DNA of 54,890 nt from Octopus bimaculoides (lineage: Eukaryota): assembly GCF_001194135.2 (NCBI RefSeq), contig NC_068982.1, forward strand, positions 148,346,225-148,401,114, in the 5' to 3' direction. The notes beneath the pieces were generated by a model that was given only the letters and a program-made list of their open reading frames with translations, ran no database searches and was not told where the DNA came from. Made by a program: the position numbers and the translations under genes. Shown in pieces: positions 36,946-48,408 of the stretch (positions are counted from its first letter, which is position 1; each line of letters begins with the position of its first letter).

Positions 36946-37809
36946 TCCTTTATGTCTCACATAACACATGACAATCTCCTATGAGCCAACAAGAAATTCT
37001 CTGAGTGGTAACTTAGTAATACATGTCAAATCTCCCTCAAATCACACCCTATCATTTTTTTTTTAAAATAAAGATGATATTGTATAATGAAACCCCAGAC
37101 ATGGTATATCTAAAACTCAGATGAAATGTTAATGTTGGAATATATTATTCAAATTTCTTTCAAATTACTTATGCATTTTTTTCTAAAAAGGGATATATTG
37201 GATAATATAGTCCTATACAGGAGCATGTATTTAAATTAACACCATTTAAAAAATGTTATACTTTCATGAGTATCATGAGTTTGTATGTGATGAGTCTAAG
37301 ATATTAGCTTTGTTTACATGTGTGTGTGTGTGTATGTATGCACACATGCTATAGATTCTAATAGATTGCACCAGAGTTTTGGAATCCTAATGTTATTATT
37401 GCAAAATGTTATTATTGCACTAAATGAAAACAGATGAGAACAGTGTGACCTCATTACCTATACAGTGAAAGGTAACAGCTTGCAATACTTTGGCTGACCT
37501 CAAGGTGTCAGATGTTCCCTATTCATCTCATTTTACCTATAATGATTGCAGGTGAACACATCTTTCCAGCTACTTTAAAATGATGATCCACAGCAAACTG
37601 ATCCCATCAGAATGACAAACTTGCAAAACCCATAATGTGAGCAGGAATATAATAACTAGAACAGATAAAGTGACAGCATAAGTATAAATTCATATGTTCG
37701 CTGGTGATAATAAATTCATACAGCCTTTCCAAAGTGATTAGGGTTGAAAGAAAGTCCCAAAGCTTCTCAAGTATCACAAATTCACTGGAAGGTATTTGAG
37801 AAACTTTGT

Positions 37810-38117
37810 TGGAAAAAGATATTTGTAATCAACCAAGTAATCATTTTTGTAATTTCAGGATTATTGTTTCTGATAAGGCATGAGAGTGGTGATGGTGTTT
37901 TGGAATCTTTACAACAAACAATGGTGTAATACCACCTCGTTTCATAAAAGCTGGTCCTTAATATCAACACAAGTGAGTATTTGAACATCCTCGATAGAGT
38001 TCTGATGTTGTGGACTGTCATGATTGATGTGAAATGTTATGATTCATATGATATCATGTCTGTCTATGATCCCTGTAATAGCACAGGGTTCAAAATGTGT
38101 TCAAGATTATTTGAAGG
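37810..38117 (+). pseudogene. DD37D (maT-like) Tc1/mariner transposase relic, 5' part
   Basis: With frameshifts: VMVF-GIFTTNNGVIPPRFIKAG-LNINTSEYLNILDRVLMLW...KCVQDYLK; interrupted by the LTR element. Confidence 0.6.
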
Positions 38118-40172
38118 TGTAGTAACGCCGTGCGCATGCGTAGTCTCACGCATGCGTAGAATTAAACAACCAAGCGTTCCCGCTCAATTCATTCTCTTTC
38201 TTGCTGGCCAGCATAGAGCAATGGACGTGTCAAGAGTGTCTCTAACATTCGAACTCTGGAGACAGCCTCTTTACGTGTTAAGCTGTCTCTCTACATCTTT
38301 CGGACTTACGCTCGACAGCTCGCTCACACCTACATAACAACGTCCCAACAACAGAAGCTGTAACAAGAACTAAAGATGTATATATTTACCACCTAAATAA
38401 AGTGTTGTTTAAGTTGATAGTCTGGAGTTCAGCATTCCGTTATATTCTAAGTTTATAGTAGGAAAGTCAGGTATACATCTAAAGATGTATAACCAAATCT
38501 ATTAAAGTGGTGACCCCGGACGTGATTCGAACACGCAGCCCACTGAGCTGCAATAACCCACTTTCTACTAAAGTGGTGACCCCGGACGAAGAAGAAACGC
38601 AGCATGAATTCTGGACTACCAACTTATAACTGGTGAACCTGACTACAGAACAAATACGGCCTGTTTTTTATTATGTTTTTATATGTGTCGCATTCACACT
38701 CTCACATACACATGCATCTTTTATACCACACAATAACTCTTGTTATTCATTTCATACCGTTGTTTTTTTCTATCGTCTCATTACTGGTATTTACGAATTC
38801 ACTAATGTTCGTAGTATAACGTAATTACTTGTATATCATCTTTGATATATATTTTTGGTGTTCGACCATGTGACACGTTTAAATAAAAGGAGTCCTCTGT
38901 TATTCCATTCGTCACCATTTCTCCTTTTTGAGTTCGCACGGTCGTTTTTTCATCTTGGGTTAAGAAAAATTTTCTTCGAGGTTTTCGCTAATGGTCGTAC
39001 AGAGATTTGTCTGTCGACTGTCTGTAAAAGCGTACCTCTTCAAACACTCATCACCAAACAGCTTTTTCGCCACCAGCGNNNNNNNNNNNNNNNNNNNNNN
39101 NNNNNNNNNNNNNNNNNNNNNNNNNNNNNNNNNNNNNNNNNNNNNNNNNNNNNNNNNNNNNNNNNNNNNNNNNNNNNNNNNNNNNNNNNNNNNNNNNNNN
39201 NNNNNNNNNNNNNNNNNNNNNNNNNNNNNNNNNNNNNNNNNNNNNNNNNNNNNNNNNNNNNNNNNNNNNNNNNNNNNNNNNNNNNNNNNNNNNNNNNNNN
39301 NNNNNNNNNNNNNNNNNNNNNNNNNNNNNNNNNNNNNNNNNNNNNNNNNNNNNNNNNNNNNNNNNNNNNNNNNNNNNNNNNNNNNNNNNNNNNNNNNNNN
39401 NNNNNNNNNNNNNNNNNNNNNNNNNNNNNNNNNNNNNNNNNNNNNNNNNNNNNNNNNNNNNNNNNNNNNNNNNNNNNNNNNNNNNNNNNNNNNNNNNNNN
39501 NNNNNNNNNNNNNNNNNNNNNNNNNNNNNNNNNNNNNNNNNNNNNNNNNNNNNNNNNNNNNNNNNNNNNNNNNNNNNNNNNNNNNNNNNNNNNNNNNNNN
39601 NNNNNNNNNNNNNNNNNNNNNNNNNNNNNNNNNNNNNNNNNNNNNNNNNNNNNNNNNNNNNNNNNNNNNNNNNNNNNNNNNNNNNNNNNNNNNNNNNNNN
39701 NNNNNNNNNNNNNNNNNNNNNNNNNNNNNNNNNNNNNNNNNNNNNNNNNNNNNNNNNNNNNNNNNNNNNNNNNNNNNNNNNNNNNNNNNNNNNNNNNNNN
39801 NNNNNNNNNNNNNNNNNAGAATTAAACAACCAAGCGTTCCTGCTCAATTCATTCTCTTTCTTGCTGGCAAGCATAGAGCAATGGACGTGTCAAGAGTGTC
39901 TCTAACATTCGAACTCTGGAGACAGCCTCTTTACGTGTTAAGCTGTCTCTCTACATCTTTCGGACTTACGCTCGACAGCTCGCTCACACCTACATAACAA
40001 CGTCCCAACAACAGAAGCTGTAACAACAAGAACTTAAGACGTATATATTTACCACCTGAATAAATGTTGTTTAAGTTGATAGTCTGGAGTTCAGCGTTCC
40101 GTTATATATTCTAATTTTATAGTAAGAAAGTCAGGTATACATCTAAAGATGTATAACCCACTTTCTACTATA
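38118..40172 (+). mobile_element. Short LTR retroelement (Gypsy-like), tRNA-Trp primed
   Basis: 5' LTR 38118-38506 starts TGTAGTA; 3' LTR (visible 39818-40172) ends TACTATA (TACTACA with C>T); 4-bp TSD AAGG at 38114-38117 and 40173-40176; PBS at 38508; no gag/pol visible; N gap 39079-39817. Confidence 0.85.
38508..38540 (+). promoter_or_regulatory. Primer-binding site complementary to tRNA-Trp(CCA) 3' end
   Basis: Reverse complement ggctgcgtgttcgaatcacgtc(c)ggggtcaCCA matches the metazoan tRNA-Trp 3' half as recalled, including non-genomic CCA, with one extra base. Confidence 0.8.
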
Positions 40173-40176
40173 AAGG

Positions 40177-40400
40177 TAAAACTTCTGCTCTTTGTCTACA
40201 GAGAAGTTTTATCTCATAGATCACAAGATCTGAATCCATGGGACTTTGGGATGTAGGGTATCATTGAGGACAAATCCACTACAGCACCTCACAATAGTAA
40301 AGTCACATTGAACACTGCCATTAGGAAGAAATTTAGGTCCGTCAGCTTGGATGAAGTAACGAGAACATGATCAGACATCTTCAGTCATATTTGGTCAATT
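40177..40400 (+). pseudogene. DD37D (maT-like) transposase relic, 3' part
   Basis: In frame with 38117 after removing the LTR element: VKLLLFVYREVLSHRSQDLNPWDFGM*GIIEDK...PHN...LNTAI (SPDLNPLD-like). Confidence 0.65.
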
Positions 40401-41989
40401 ATACACATAATGCATGCTGAATAAAAGCCTTGTGTTTCCTGTGACAAATAAACACATGGAGTTTCATGTTCCTATCTTTTCATTTACTTTAGTTACAAGC
40501 TTTGAAATATCTCAATACAATCTCAATTTAGTGGAAGCTCAATCCTTTATGTACACATTATGTATGAAAATTAAAGTAGGATGATTATGGTTGAAACATT
40601 CGTGGTTATAAATCAGAGCTAAGAGGCGGATAAACAATAAAAGCACCAGCTAAATAGCAAAAAATAATAACCACAAATATTAGTACTTGTCTGCAGAATT
40701 ATCAACAACAACATTCAAAACATCATCAAATATCTACTTAGTTACAATTATAGTCACTAATCACTCGTCATCAGTCATGCATATCTCTACATCAACCAGT
40801 GTGATGTATCTTATATCTTGCATCTACTTGACGTGCTAGAAATAGCAGCCAAATTTCCTTCATATCAGCCTACCATCTTTAAACAAGCAAAAACATTCCT
40901 TAATGTAATCCTGGATACACTATACTTACAAAAAAAAACAAAAAAAAACAGGATGGTCATGGATGGAGTACTTTTGATCATAGGGCTCCTAAATCAGCTT
41001 TGACTTAAGGCTAAATGACTTCATTGCTACTACACTGCCACCATAACCAGATATTTATTTAATCTCATGTTACAATTGGTAAACAGTTGTGTGGTTGGTT
41101 ATAGTCATCCAGGTGTTATAGGAGCCTACATGTAAGAGTGTCATTTGCTAGCATTGCTTTCAAATAAAGATACTTTATGAGGGTTTTTTTTCCATTAAGT
41201 TACACAATCCTCTGTCACTCTATCAGAAATGTAATTAACCTGTTTTTGACTCACTGGAAACCTTTAACTCCATGGACACACACAGACACACACACATGGA
41301 CACAACAAACACACTCACACACAACAAACATACACTCACACACGTACATACATACAGATTAGTCTCAGACACATTATACAACAACATAATACAACATCGA
41401 CAATGAAATGTATACACAAATGCACTCTCAACAGTGCCAAATGCTTTAATAGCACACAAACATACTTACACACACACACACACACACACACATGCATGCA
41501 CTTCTGCACATTCACTTTGTTGTTGTCTCCTCTGCTGCTGTGAAATATATGAAACATCTTTCCTTCCTCCCNNNNNNNNNNNNNNNNNNNNNNNNNNNNN
41601 NNNNNNNNNNNNNNNNNNNNNNNNNNNNNNNNNNNNNNNNNNNNNNNNNNNNNNNNNNNNNNNNNNNNNNNNNNNNNNNNNNNNNNNNNNNNNNNNNNNN
41701 NNNNNNNNNNNNNNNNNNNNNNNNNNNNNNNNNNNNNNNNNNNNNNNNNNNNNNNNNNNNNNNNNNNNNNNNNNNNNNNNNNNNNNNNNNNNNNNNNNNN
41801 NNNNNNNNNNNNNNNNNNNNNNNNNNNNNNNNNNNNNNNNNNNNNNNNNNNNNNNNNNNNNNNNNNNNNNNNNNNNNNNNNNNNNNNNTATATATATTGA
41901 GAAAATGGAGGCAGTCAGAATTTTGGATAATTCTTTATTAGCACTTTCATTCAGTTTTTGAACTCATCAAGACAAAATCAAAATCAAAG

Positions 41990-42305
41990 CAGACTCTTGT
42001 TCAAAGTAAATGCAGATATGAACTGTAAGATGCAGAATCTCATATACTGCATTACTTGCCCCAACTGCAAAGAAAATTACATTGGTGAAACAAACAATTC
42101 CCTATGCCAATGTGCAAGAATCCACAGACAACACATCAGACAAGAGGAATTGAGCAAGATTCCACTGAGCAAGCATCTAGAAATATGCAGTGAAGGAAAG
42201 TTCAAAATCTTCCCTTTTAACAAATGTTCAAGAGATGACTCAAAATTCTGAAAAGCAATGGAGCTGCACTTCCTCAAAAAATTCTCTCCAAAATTAAATG
42301 TTTGA
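41990..42305 (+). mobile_element. Penelope-like GIY-YIG endonuclease fragment
   Basis: NCKMQNLIYCITCPNCKENYIGET...RIHRQHIR...KHLE...F*KAMELHFLKKFSPKLNV*; one internal TGA; upstream part in the N gap. Confidence 0.85.
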
Positions 42306-42976
42306 AATAGAAGCAAAGGAATTACATTATTATTATTTTTTTAAAAATAGTAATGATGATGGATGTAGAGAAAACATTTATATTACACTATTATTGTTGT
42401 TTCTGAATGTGGCGCCACTGTTAATAAAGTGATACTCATCTCTATAAGTGATCAAATATATATATATATATATAACATTGGGATTTTGACAACTCTTGTT
42501 CTCATACAACTTACATATACCTGAGCAAGAATACTAGAACCATTTTATCACTGATTAGGAACAATATCTAATGTAGCTACTTGGCAAATTTGTGTAAAAG
42601 ATCTCTTTTGAATTGACTTATTTAAGCAAGCAAGAAAAAGAAAAAGAAATCCTACAAAAGGATGAAAGATACTCAAAAAAATATATTTAAGCAGGCCCTG
42701 CTTTACTATAAAATTGATATCCTACTGAGTGGCTTCCAGCTAAATATACAATATACACACAAATGAAATCAAAGAGCAAGTGACTGAACATTCCACAGAC
42801 AAGTGTACCCTTAACTTAGGAGCAGATAGACAGCGGACAACTGATGAAGGGTTGTTCTTTGTGTTGCTTGTCTTGTTTTCCTTTTGTTTGTCTCGTTGTT
42901 TGCGTATTGAACTCATTTGTTTTCGTATTTCATGTTGTTTACTGTTGGTAACATCCTATACCCATATATACATGTG

Positions 42977-43013
<37 letters not shown>

Positions 43014-43026
43014 GCATGTATGTATG

Positions 43027-43070
<44 letters not shown>

Positions 43071-43506
43071 TGATTGTGTGTGTGTTGGGCTTCTTTTTAT
43101 TTTTCTACAATAGAAATCACATGGTTAGAAAACAACTTTCCTTACCACACAGCCACATTTATGTCAATAGCAATACCAGAACTTCTAAAATATTTAATAC
43201 TTCAATACACACATCAATGTGATTATTCTAGCATAACATACAATAGGGCTATCAGGTAGATTTAGTCAGTCCTAAGTCTCTCTTTTCAGAGAAGACTTAT
43301 GATCAAAGACTTTTCAGTCAAGTCCATCTTGGACTTCATTGTCTATGTGTCCTTCCATTTTTCAGATCTCAAAGTGTTATTTTGAAGGAAAGTTGGTTTC
43401 TATCTCTAACAAATTATGCAATCTGTTAGATGTTCCCTTGTTGATATTTTGGGTATGTACCTATCTATCCTTCAGTCTATCTATCTATATCTATAATTAT
43501 ATGTTT

Positions 43507-44001
43507 AACGTGCCAGTGGAACGTTAAAGCACCGTCTGAGCATGATTGTTGCCAGGGCCGCTGACTGGCTCTCGTGCCCGTGGCACATAAAAAGCACCAT
43601 TCGAGCGTGATCGTTACCAGTGTCGCCGTACTGGCACTTGTGCCAGTGGCACATGAAAAACAACATTCGAGTGAGGTCGTTGCCAGTGCTGCTGGACTGG
43701 CTCCTGTGCAAGTGGCATTAAAAACCACCATTTGATTGTGGCCGTCGCCTGTACTGCCTGACTGGCCCTTGTGCTGGTAGCATGCAAAAAGCACCCACTA
43801 CACTCTTGGAGTGGTTGGCGTTAGGAAGGGCATCCAGCTGTAGAAACTCTGCCAGATTAGATTGGAGCCTGGTGCAGCCATCCGGCTCACGGTTTGATTG
43901 AGGACTGGTGCAGCCATCTGGCTCACCAGTCCTCAATCAAACCATTCAATCCATGCCAGCATGGAAAGCGGACGTTAATCGATGATGATGATGATGATGA
44001 T
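43507..44001 (+). mobile_element. RTE 3' UTR-only copy with internal ~66-bp tandem units
   Basis: Same UTR as 31340-31545 with (GAT)n tail; other UTR-only copies at 28930-29226(+), 29395-29520(-), 34870-35002(-), 51570-51610(-). Confidence 0.75.
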
Positions 44002-45194
44002 GTTTGTATGTATGTATGTATGTATGTATAAATATATGTGTGTGTGTGTGTGTGTATGTATACACACATATATAAATGTAAATATAAATATATATTATNN
44101 NNNNNNNNNNNNNNNNNNNNNNNNNNNNNNNNNNNNNNNNNNNNNNNNNNNNNNNNNNNNNNNNNNNNNNNNNNNNNNNNNNNNNNNNNNNNNNNNNNNN
44201 NNNNNNNNNNNNNNNNNNNNNNNNNNNNNNNNNNNNNNNNNNNNNNNNNNNNNNNNNNNNNNNNNNNNNNNNNNNNNNNNNNNNNNNNNNNNNNNNNNNN
44301 NNNNNNNNNNNNNNNNNNNNNNNNNNNNNNNNNNNNNNNNNNNNNNNNNNNNNNNNNNNNNNNNNNNNNNNNNNNNNNNNNNNNNNNNNNNNNNNNNNNN
44401 NNNNNNNNNNNNNNNNNNNNNNNNNNNNNNNNNNNNNNNNNNNNNNNNNNNNNNNNNNNNNNNNNNNNNNNNNNNNNNNNNNNNNNNNNNNNNNNNNNNN
44501 NNNNNNNNNNNNNNNNNNNNNNNNNNNNTTATGTAATTATGCCACTGATGAATACAGGGTATGTAATATAGCTTGGTACATACAGCACAGTACTGGTTTG
44601 TGTTTGGTTTAAATAGTGATTGCTATCAAATTCTCTTCAAGGACGAGGGTAATTTATCATCTGAGGAGTAGCCAATTAGCTATGTAACCTATCAAAATAT
44701 CTTCTTTAAATAGATACATGATATATTTGCTTCAGTTTATGTTCCACAGAAAAGGTTGAAAAACTAGATTACTATGTGATATTTATCTTATATATTTCCT
44801 CATACATACAGTCTGATGATTAGAAACGTGTGAGGTGTTAGCTGCAATAATCATAAACAACTCTCATCCTTTGGCACTGGAGCTTCTTTTCCATACCTAT
44901 GTACACTATACACATACACACATGCACACAGACACTCACACATGCATATATATATATACACACACACACATATACAAATATGTCCGCTCTCTGTTTTTAT
45001 ATGTGCACATGTGTGTGNNNNNNNNNNATATGTCCGCTCTCTGTTTTTATATGTGCACATGTGTGTGTCCATGTGTCCGTGTGTGTGTGCGTGTGTGTGT
45101 GTGTGTGTCTGTGTGTGTGTGTGTGTGTGTGCGTGTGTCTGTGTGTGTGTACTTACGTAATATACATACATATATATATATTTCTTTTCATTTT

Positions 45195-45566
45195 CTTTTA
45201 TTTGTTTCAGTCATTTGCCTGCAGCCATGCTGGGGTACCACCTTTAGTTAAACAGATCGACCCCCAGGACTTATTATTTGTAAACCTTGTACTTATTCTA
45301 TTGGTCTCTTTTGCCAAACCACTATGTTACGGGGATGTAAACATACCAACATCAGTTGTCAAGTGATGGTGGGGGGGGGGGACAAACACAGACACACAAA
45401 CATATGCATTTATGACAGGCTTCTTTCAGTTTCTATCTACCAAATCCACTCAAAAGGCTTTGGTCAGTCTGACTCTATAGTACAATGCCTTGACCAAGGT
45501 GCGTGGACTGAACCTGGAACCATGTGGTTGGTAAGCAAGCTACTTACTACATAGCTACTCCTGCAC
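45195..45566 (-). mobile_element. tRNA-derived SINE, family B
   Basis: Near full-length homologue of 48409-48800. Confidence 0.8.
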
Positions 45567-46073
45567 CTATACATATAGGCGTNNNNNNNNNNNNNNNNNN
45601 NNNNNNNNNNNNNNNNNNNNNNNNNNNNNNNNNNNNNNNNNNNNNNNNNNNNNNNNNNNNNNNNNNNNNNNNGGCCGTACGGCTTTTGAATGTTGTTTTC
45701 ACTGTCCATTTTTTCCTGTCTTGGTTTGTGTTTGCCACCTTGGAATCCTCTGTGTAGTTGGTTGATCCACTACTCAGGAAGAGACTATTCTAGAGTACGT
45801 CCTGTCTGGTCTTCGAAACGTCTAGATAGAATAGAGACAGCTGATGAAGGGATATTCCAAGGGGCTTTCCGTTTTCCTATGTGTTCGTTCCGTTGTCTGT
45901 AGTTTATTGTTCTAACGTCCTGTACCTTGATATGCATGTATATACACATGTAGATGTAAGTATGTACATATATGTGTGTATACATGTATATATATTCTTT
46001 GTATTATTATATATATATATATATATATACAATCAACCGCTAGCTCCAAAAGCATTTTTTATTTTCCTTGTGT

Positions 46074-46111
46074 TCTTTCTGTTGAAGAGCATAGGCTCGA
46101 AACATAAAAGA
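46074..46111 (+). ncRNA. Hammerhead-like motif (family E)
   Basis: tcttt-CTGTTGA-A-gagc(atag)gctc-GAAAC-ATA^-aaaga; perfect stems I and II, G16.2 changed to A. Confidence 0.5.
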
Positions 46112-46153
46112 CTTTCTCACATTCCCGAGCATTAAACTAATACATCTGTTTGT

Positions 46154-46204
<51 letters not shown>

Positions 46205-46214
46205 NNNNNNNNNN

Positions 46215-46261
<47 letters not shown>

Positions 46262-46434
46262 GTATGTATGCATTTGTATGTGCATGTATTCATGTCTGTC
46301 GTGTCTGATGAAAACACATAGATAGACATAAGATACAAAAAGATAAGAAAAACACTGACTGATAGGGAAATAATATAAAGGGAGTGAATAAAGAGAAACA
46401 TAAATCTATAGATGAATGGATAACTAGAGAGAAA

Positions 46435-46476
<42 letters not shown>

Positions 46477-46799
46477 NNNNNNNNNNNNNNNNNNNNNNNN
46501 NNNNNNNNNNNNNNNNNNNNNNNNNNNNNNNNNNNNNNNNNNNNNNNNNNNNNNNNNNNNNNNNNNNNNNNNNNNNNNNNNNNNNNNNNNNNNNNAAGAA
46601 AGAAAGAGAGAGAAAGAAAGAAAGAGAGAGAAAGAAAGAAAGAGAGAAAAAGAAAGAAAGAGCATTAGTAAGAGAAAGAGAAAGAAAACAGACAGGGGTA
46701 GGAATGTTGATGGACAGATCAAAGTAGACTTCTTTAACAATAACTACAACAGCTGTTAATGTAAGAAAATTCATGAGTTGTTACTGTCGTTGTTCTGGT

Positions 46800-47880
46800 T
46801 GGGTTGTTCTGTTGTTGCTGTATTAACACATTGCTACAGCTTTTATTGTTGGTGTGAAAGAATTGACTTTGGAGTTGCCATTGTTGGGCAACTCCATGTA
46901 GTTTGGTCTCTTGTTCTTTTCCTGTTCTTGAAGTGAGCTGTGATGGCCAGGTCACTATAGATGTTGTTGTCTTTGTGAACAGAGTGAATGATGCACAAGA
47001 CTTTGGGATTGGTGGGTGCTACTGCTGCTGCTGTTGTTGTTGTTGTTGTTGTTGTTGTCGCTATTGTTGGATAACCTCAGGTACCTAAATGTTATTTCAG
47101 TGTTTGGTTTCTTGTTCTCTTCCGGTTCTTGACATTAACCATTGTGCTGCTATAACAGTGATTGTCTTTGTAAATGGCACAAAGGTGCTGTTCACTTTGA
47201 GATTGGTGTTGCTGCTGCCACTGTGGTTGTTGTCATTGTTAAGTAATCCCAGGTAGCTAATCCTTATTCTAATGATTGGCTTCGGTTCCCTTCCTGTTCA
47301 TGGTGTTACCTGTGATAGTTTGTTTCGTTGTTGCTGTTATTGTTGTTGTTATAGATAATGTTTTTGTTGTTGGTGTCTTTGTTGTTGATGTTGTTGGAAT
47401 ACATCTAATGTTCTCCTTTCTTTTCTTAAGATAGCAGGGATTAATTTGAGAGTGAGATTTGGTTGCTATTTCTAGCAGGTCTTGTAACTCCAGAGAGGCT
47501 CCCTCTCTGAATTGTTATGGCTTCTGTTGCTTTTATTAATATCATATTGGCTATGATGATGGTGGTGGTGGTGACGATGTAAGTGGTGAAAGGGTGAGGA
47601 TATTGGTGGAGGTGTTAGTGGATGTAGAAGTAGTTGTGATGGTGGTGTTGGTAATGGCATGGAAGTAGCAGTTTTAGTGGTAGTTGTAGTGATGGTGGGG
47701 GGGGTGAAAAGAGTGGCGGTAGTGGTGGTGATATGAGTGGTGGTAGTGTTAGCATTGGTAATAGAAGTGGAACCAAGAGTGATTGTGGACGTAGAGGTAA
47801 TGGTGGTTGTGGTGATGATTGTGATAGTGGATGTTGTGGTGGAGGTGTGGTGGATGGTAGCGGCGGTGGTGTAACTGTAG
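46800..47880. repeat. Low-complexity (GTT/GGT) region with a degenerate ~175-200-bp tandem unit
   Basis: Anchor (g/a)ttgg..tc.(t)gttc..ttcc.gttc.tg recurs at 46901, 47102 and 47275. Confidence 0.55.
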
Positions 47881-48408
47881 TAGTCATCTATCTCATTAAG
47901 TCTTGAACAAATCAAACTTCACCTATAATTACACAAGCTCACAGACTTCATTAATGACAACTTCTCGTTAATTACAGTATCGTTAATAATGATTTCTTAA
48001 CTAGAATAAAGCCTGTGGACAAGTAAAATGACAAACCTTGCCCAAGGATGAAACTGCACAAATATTTGCCATAGGAGTTAGATTTAGGAAACCTATATTT
48101 GAGTAGCACTAAATTTTGGTTTACTTGTTCTGGGAATTAAAATTGTTCCAACACTCATGTGAGTATTTTTGACATGGGCTGTTGTGATTTTTATAATCTA
48201 GCAGACCTATGATCAAAAGCATTCCAGCCATGCCCATAGCATCAATTTTTCAGACATACTATGATGTCATGCTGGGACTATATTATAAAATGTGTCCTTC
48301 TTGTTTTTTTAAGAGGGTTTGATTTGACAGACATTTGGCTGATGTGAAGTGGTCACATACAGCTCAGTGCAATGAGAGAGAAAGAGAGAGAGAGAGAGGG
48401 TCTATATT

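Noticed and set aside
42841-42860. CTGATGAAGGG (similar heptamers at 2727-, 35430, 46305)
   Set aside because: No stem II plus GAAA partner nearby.
43507-43800. CRISPR-like array of palindromic repeats and spacers
   Set aside because: Eukaryotic context, spacers are homologous to each other, no cas genes; it lies in an RTE 3' UTR.
44813-44830. CTGATGA-tta-GAAACGTG hammerhead-like core
   Set aside because: No stem II, no stem I, and GUG is not a cleavable NUH triplet.
44977-45068. 41-bp direct repeat across a 10-N gap
   Set aside because: Assembly overlap artefact.
47472-47915. 147-aa Thr/His-rich ORF resembling a mucin
   Set aside because: Translation of (GGT/GTG) low-complexity DNA; no splice or domain support.
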